A stretch of DNA of 47,294 nucleotides, taken from Desulfobacteraceae bacterium. GTDB lineage: Bacteria; Desulfobacterota; Desulfobacteria; Desulfobacterales; Desulfosalsimonadaceae. The stretch spans positions 1 through 47,294 of the forward strand of contig JAQIBZ010000214.1 in NCBI GenBank assembly GCA_027858815.1, in the 5' to 3' direction. The position numbers were made by a program, and so were the translations under genes. The notes under the pieces were generated by a model that was given only the letters and a program-made list of their open reading frames with translations, was not told the origin of the DNA and did no database searches. Below, piece by piece: positions 45,821 to 47,294 of the stretch (position 1 is the stretch's first letter; each line of letters opens with the position of its first letter).

Positions 45821-47164
45821 ATGAAAGATTTTTCACTGCTTTGTGTTGATACATCCAAGGATCTGTTCAAACGGCTTCATAAAATCATAGGTATCAACAA
45901 CGCCTATTTTTATTGGGAAACACGCGTGGACAGGCTTATCGAATGGTTTGAATCCAGAAATCTGGATATACTTGTCATAACCGGTGACGCAATGGAAACA
46001 GATTCAGATGCCCTGGATATAATATCGTTGATTGCCCAAAGAAGTCCCGGAACTGTGATTCTGACCCTTGTCAATGACAAACAGCTGAATACGGCAATAG
46101 AGATCATGCAGTCAGGAGGCTATCTATACGCAAAGCTTCCGCTTGATGACAATAATCTCAAATTTTTTCTCACCTCTGCATACAAAAACATTCCCCTTTA
46201 TTCTCAAAACTTTTTTCTTAGCTCAGGTGTCAAAAAAAATGGTTTCGGAAAGCTGCTCGGAATTTCCGAAATCATGAAAGAACTTTATGACCAAACGACC
46301 AGGGCCGCCATGATGGACATGCCGGTCCTGATAACAGGAGAAACAGGAACAGGCAAGGACCTGGTCGCCCAGGCAATTCATAATATGGGAGATAGAAAAA
46401 CCCGGCCTTTTGTGCCGGTTCATCTTGGTACCCTTCCCACCGATCTTGTCCCTGGAGAATTGTTTGGACATGAAAAAGGAGCGTTTACGGGAGCAACTGA
46501 AAAAAAGAAAAGTATTTTTGAAAAAGCTGAAAAAGGCACTGTCTTTCTCGATGAAATCTCGACCACCAATGAAAAGGTGCAGGTCAGTTTGTTGCGGTTG
46601 ATTGAAAACAGAGAATTTTACAGAATAGGCGGCAGCAACAAAATTTCAACTGATGTACGTATCCTTGCTGCAACCAATTTGGATTTGCATGAAGCGGTCA
46701 TGAACGGTCAGTTCAGAGAAGATCTCTATTACAGATTAAATGTTTTCTGCATCAATCTGCCGCCCCTTAGAGATCGAAAAGGGGATATACAATTATTAAC
46801 GCGCCATTTCATTAATCAATACGGGGAATATATGAATAAGCGTATTTCCGGGATATCTGATTCCTGCATGCATATGCTTGAAGCTTATGACTGGCCGGGT
46901 AATGTCAGGGATTTAAAAAATCTTATCCAAAGGGCTGTGGTGCAATGTGACGGCAAAAAACTTCTTGAAAGGCATTTTCCGGAAAGGATCAGGATTAAAT
47001 CGTTGGAAAAAAAGCAGAGCAGCTTTTCATTTCCAATGGGGACCCCGTTGGGTGATGTTGAAAAAGAAATGATAAAACAAACCCTTGTCTATACAGGCAA
47101 TAATAAAAAAAGGGCTGCTGAACTTCTTGGTATTTCAAGAAGGACTTTATACAACAAACTTTAA
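45821..47164 (+). CDS. Sigma-54-dependent transcriptional activator (NtrC family) with atypical receiver-like N-domain
   Basis: AAA+ core GETGTGKDLVAQAIH, GAFTGA motif (EKGAFTGA), C-terminal Fis HTH (RAAELLGISRRTLYNKL). The N-domain lacks the usual DD...D acidic pocket pattern (LLCVDTS, DILVITGDAMETD). Confidence 0.85.
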   Translation: MKDFSLLCVDTSKDLFKRLHKIIGINNAYFYWETRVDRLIEWFESRNLDILVITGDAMETDSDALDIISLIAQRSPGTVILTLVNDKQLNTAIEIMQSGGYLYAKLPLDDNNLKFFLTSAYKNIPLYSQNFFLSSGVKKNGFGKLLGISEIMKELYDQTTRAAMMDMPVLITGETGTGKDLVAQAIHNMGDRKTRPFVPVHLGTLPTDLVPGELFGHEKGAFTGATEKKKSIFEKAEKGTVFLDEISTTNEKVQVSLLRLIENREFYRIGGSNKISTDVRILAATNLDLHEAVMNGQFREDLYYRLNVFCINLPPLRDRKGDIQLLTRHFINQYGEYMNKRISGISDSCMHMLEAYDWPGNVRDLKNLIQRAVVQCDGKKLLERHFPERIRIKSLEKKQSSFSFPMGTPLGDVEKEMIKQTLVYTGNNKKRAAELLGISRRTLYNKL

Positions 47165-47170
47165 AGAGGA

Positions 47171-47294
47171 CTTGGGGTCACCTTGATTTTTGATTATAAC
47201 AGCCAAGGTTGCTGGGGTCGGACCAAGCCAACTGTAGAATTTTAATGAATAACATCCAAAAAGCAGGCTTTTTTAACCCTATATCGCACTTTTT
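47171..47294. repeat. Direct repeat, copy 2 (truncated by window end)
   Basis: See copy 1. It starts 7 nt after the activator stop codon. Confidence 0.9.

Overview
The window has four parts and looks like a sigma-54-using, probably deltaproteobacterial genome (inference from gene content only).
(1) 1-13.3 kb is a conserved housekeeping block. It holds a partial ADP-forming acetyl-CoA synthetase, then rsmI, yraN, rnhB, rplS, a SPOUT-like methyltransferase, trmD, rimM, a KH protein, rpsP and ffh on the minus strand. These are followed by rlmN, a PP-loop enzyme, nth, nfo and a URO-D/MetE-like gene.
(2) 13.4-21.9 kb is an accessory zone showing decay. It holds an XRE-HTH/Cys-rich regulator and a cusCBA-like RND efflux operon. 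In that operon cusC is frameshifted, cusB has lost its middle, and cusA is intact but carries two insertions. The zone also has a Met/His-rich periplasmic protein, a DJ-1/GlxA-type gene remnant, an FmdB zinc-ribbon gene and tRNA-Pro(GGG).
(3) 21.9-40.8 kb is a defence island with no visible integrase. It is a complete type 1 BREX system (brxA-brxB-brxC-pglX-pglZ-brxL, minus strand) and is clearly mosaic:
- pglX carries a complete RAYT (HUH-Y1 transposase) domain and 3.5 copies of a 52-nt REP hairpin element, all read in frame.
- An ABC-type ATPase + DUF4276-like pair and a wHTH + AlbA_2/Schlafen-like ATPase pair lie between pglX and pglZ.
- A decayed N-terminal remnant of a second pglZ marks a module-replacement junction.
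- A 460-nt intergenic region between brxC and pglX is packed with palindromic operator-like sites.
- A (CAGT)12 microsatellite lies between the tRNA and brxL.
(4) 41.2-47.3 kb is a glycine-to-betaine methylation / SAM-supply operon (metK, adenosine kinase, GSMT, SDMT). It has a good sigma-54 promoter and a divergent sigma-54 activator. The module is bracketed by a nearly identical direct repeat of at least 112 nt that runs off the window end.
All calls come from reading the ORF translations and the DNA by eye. No database search was run.
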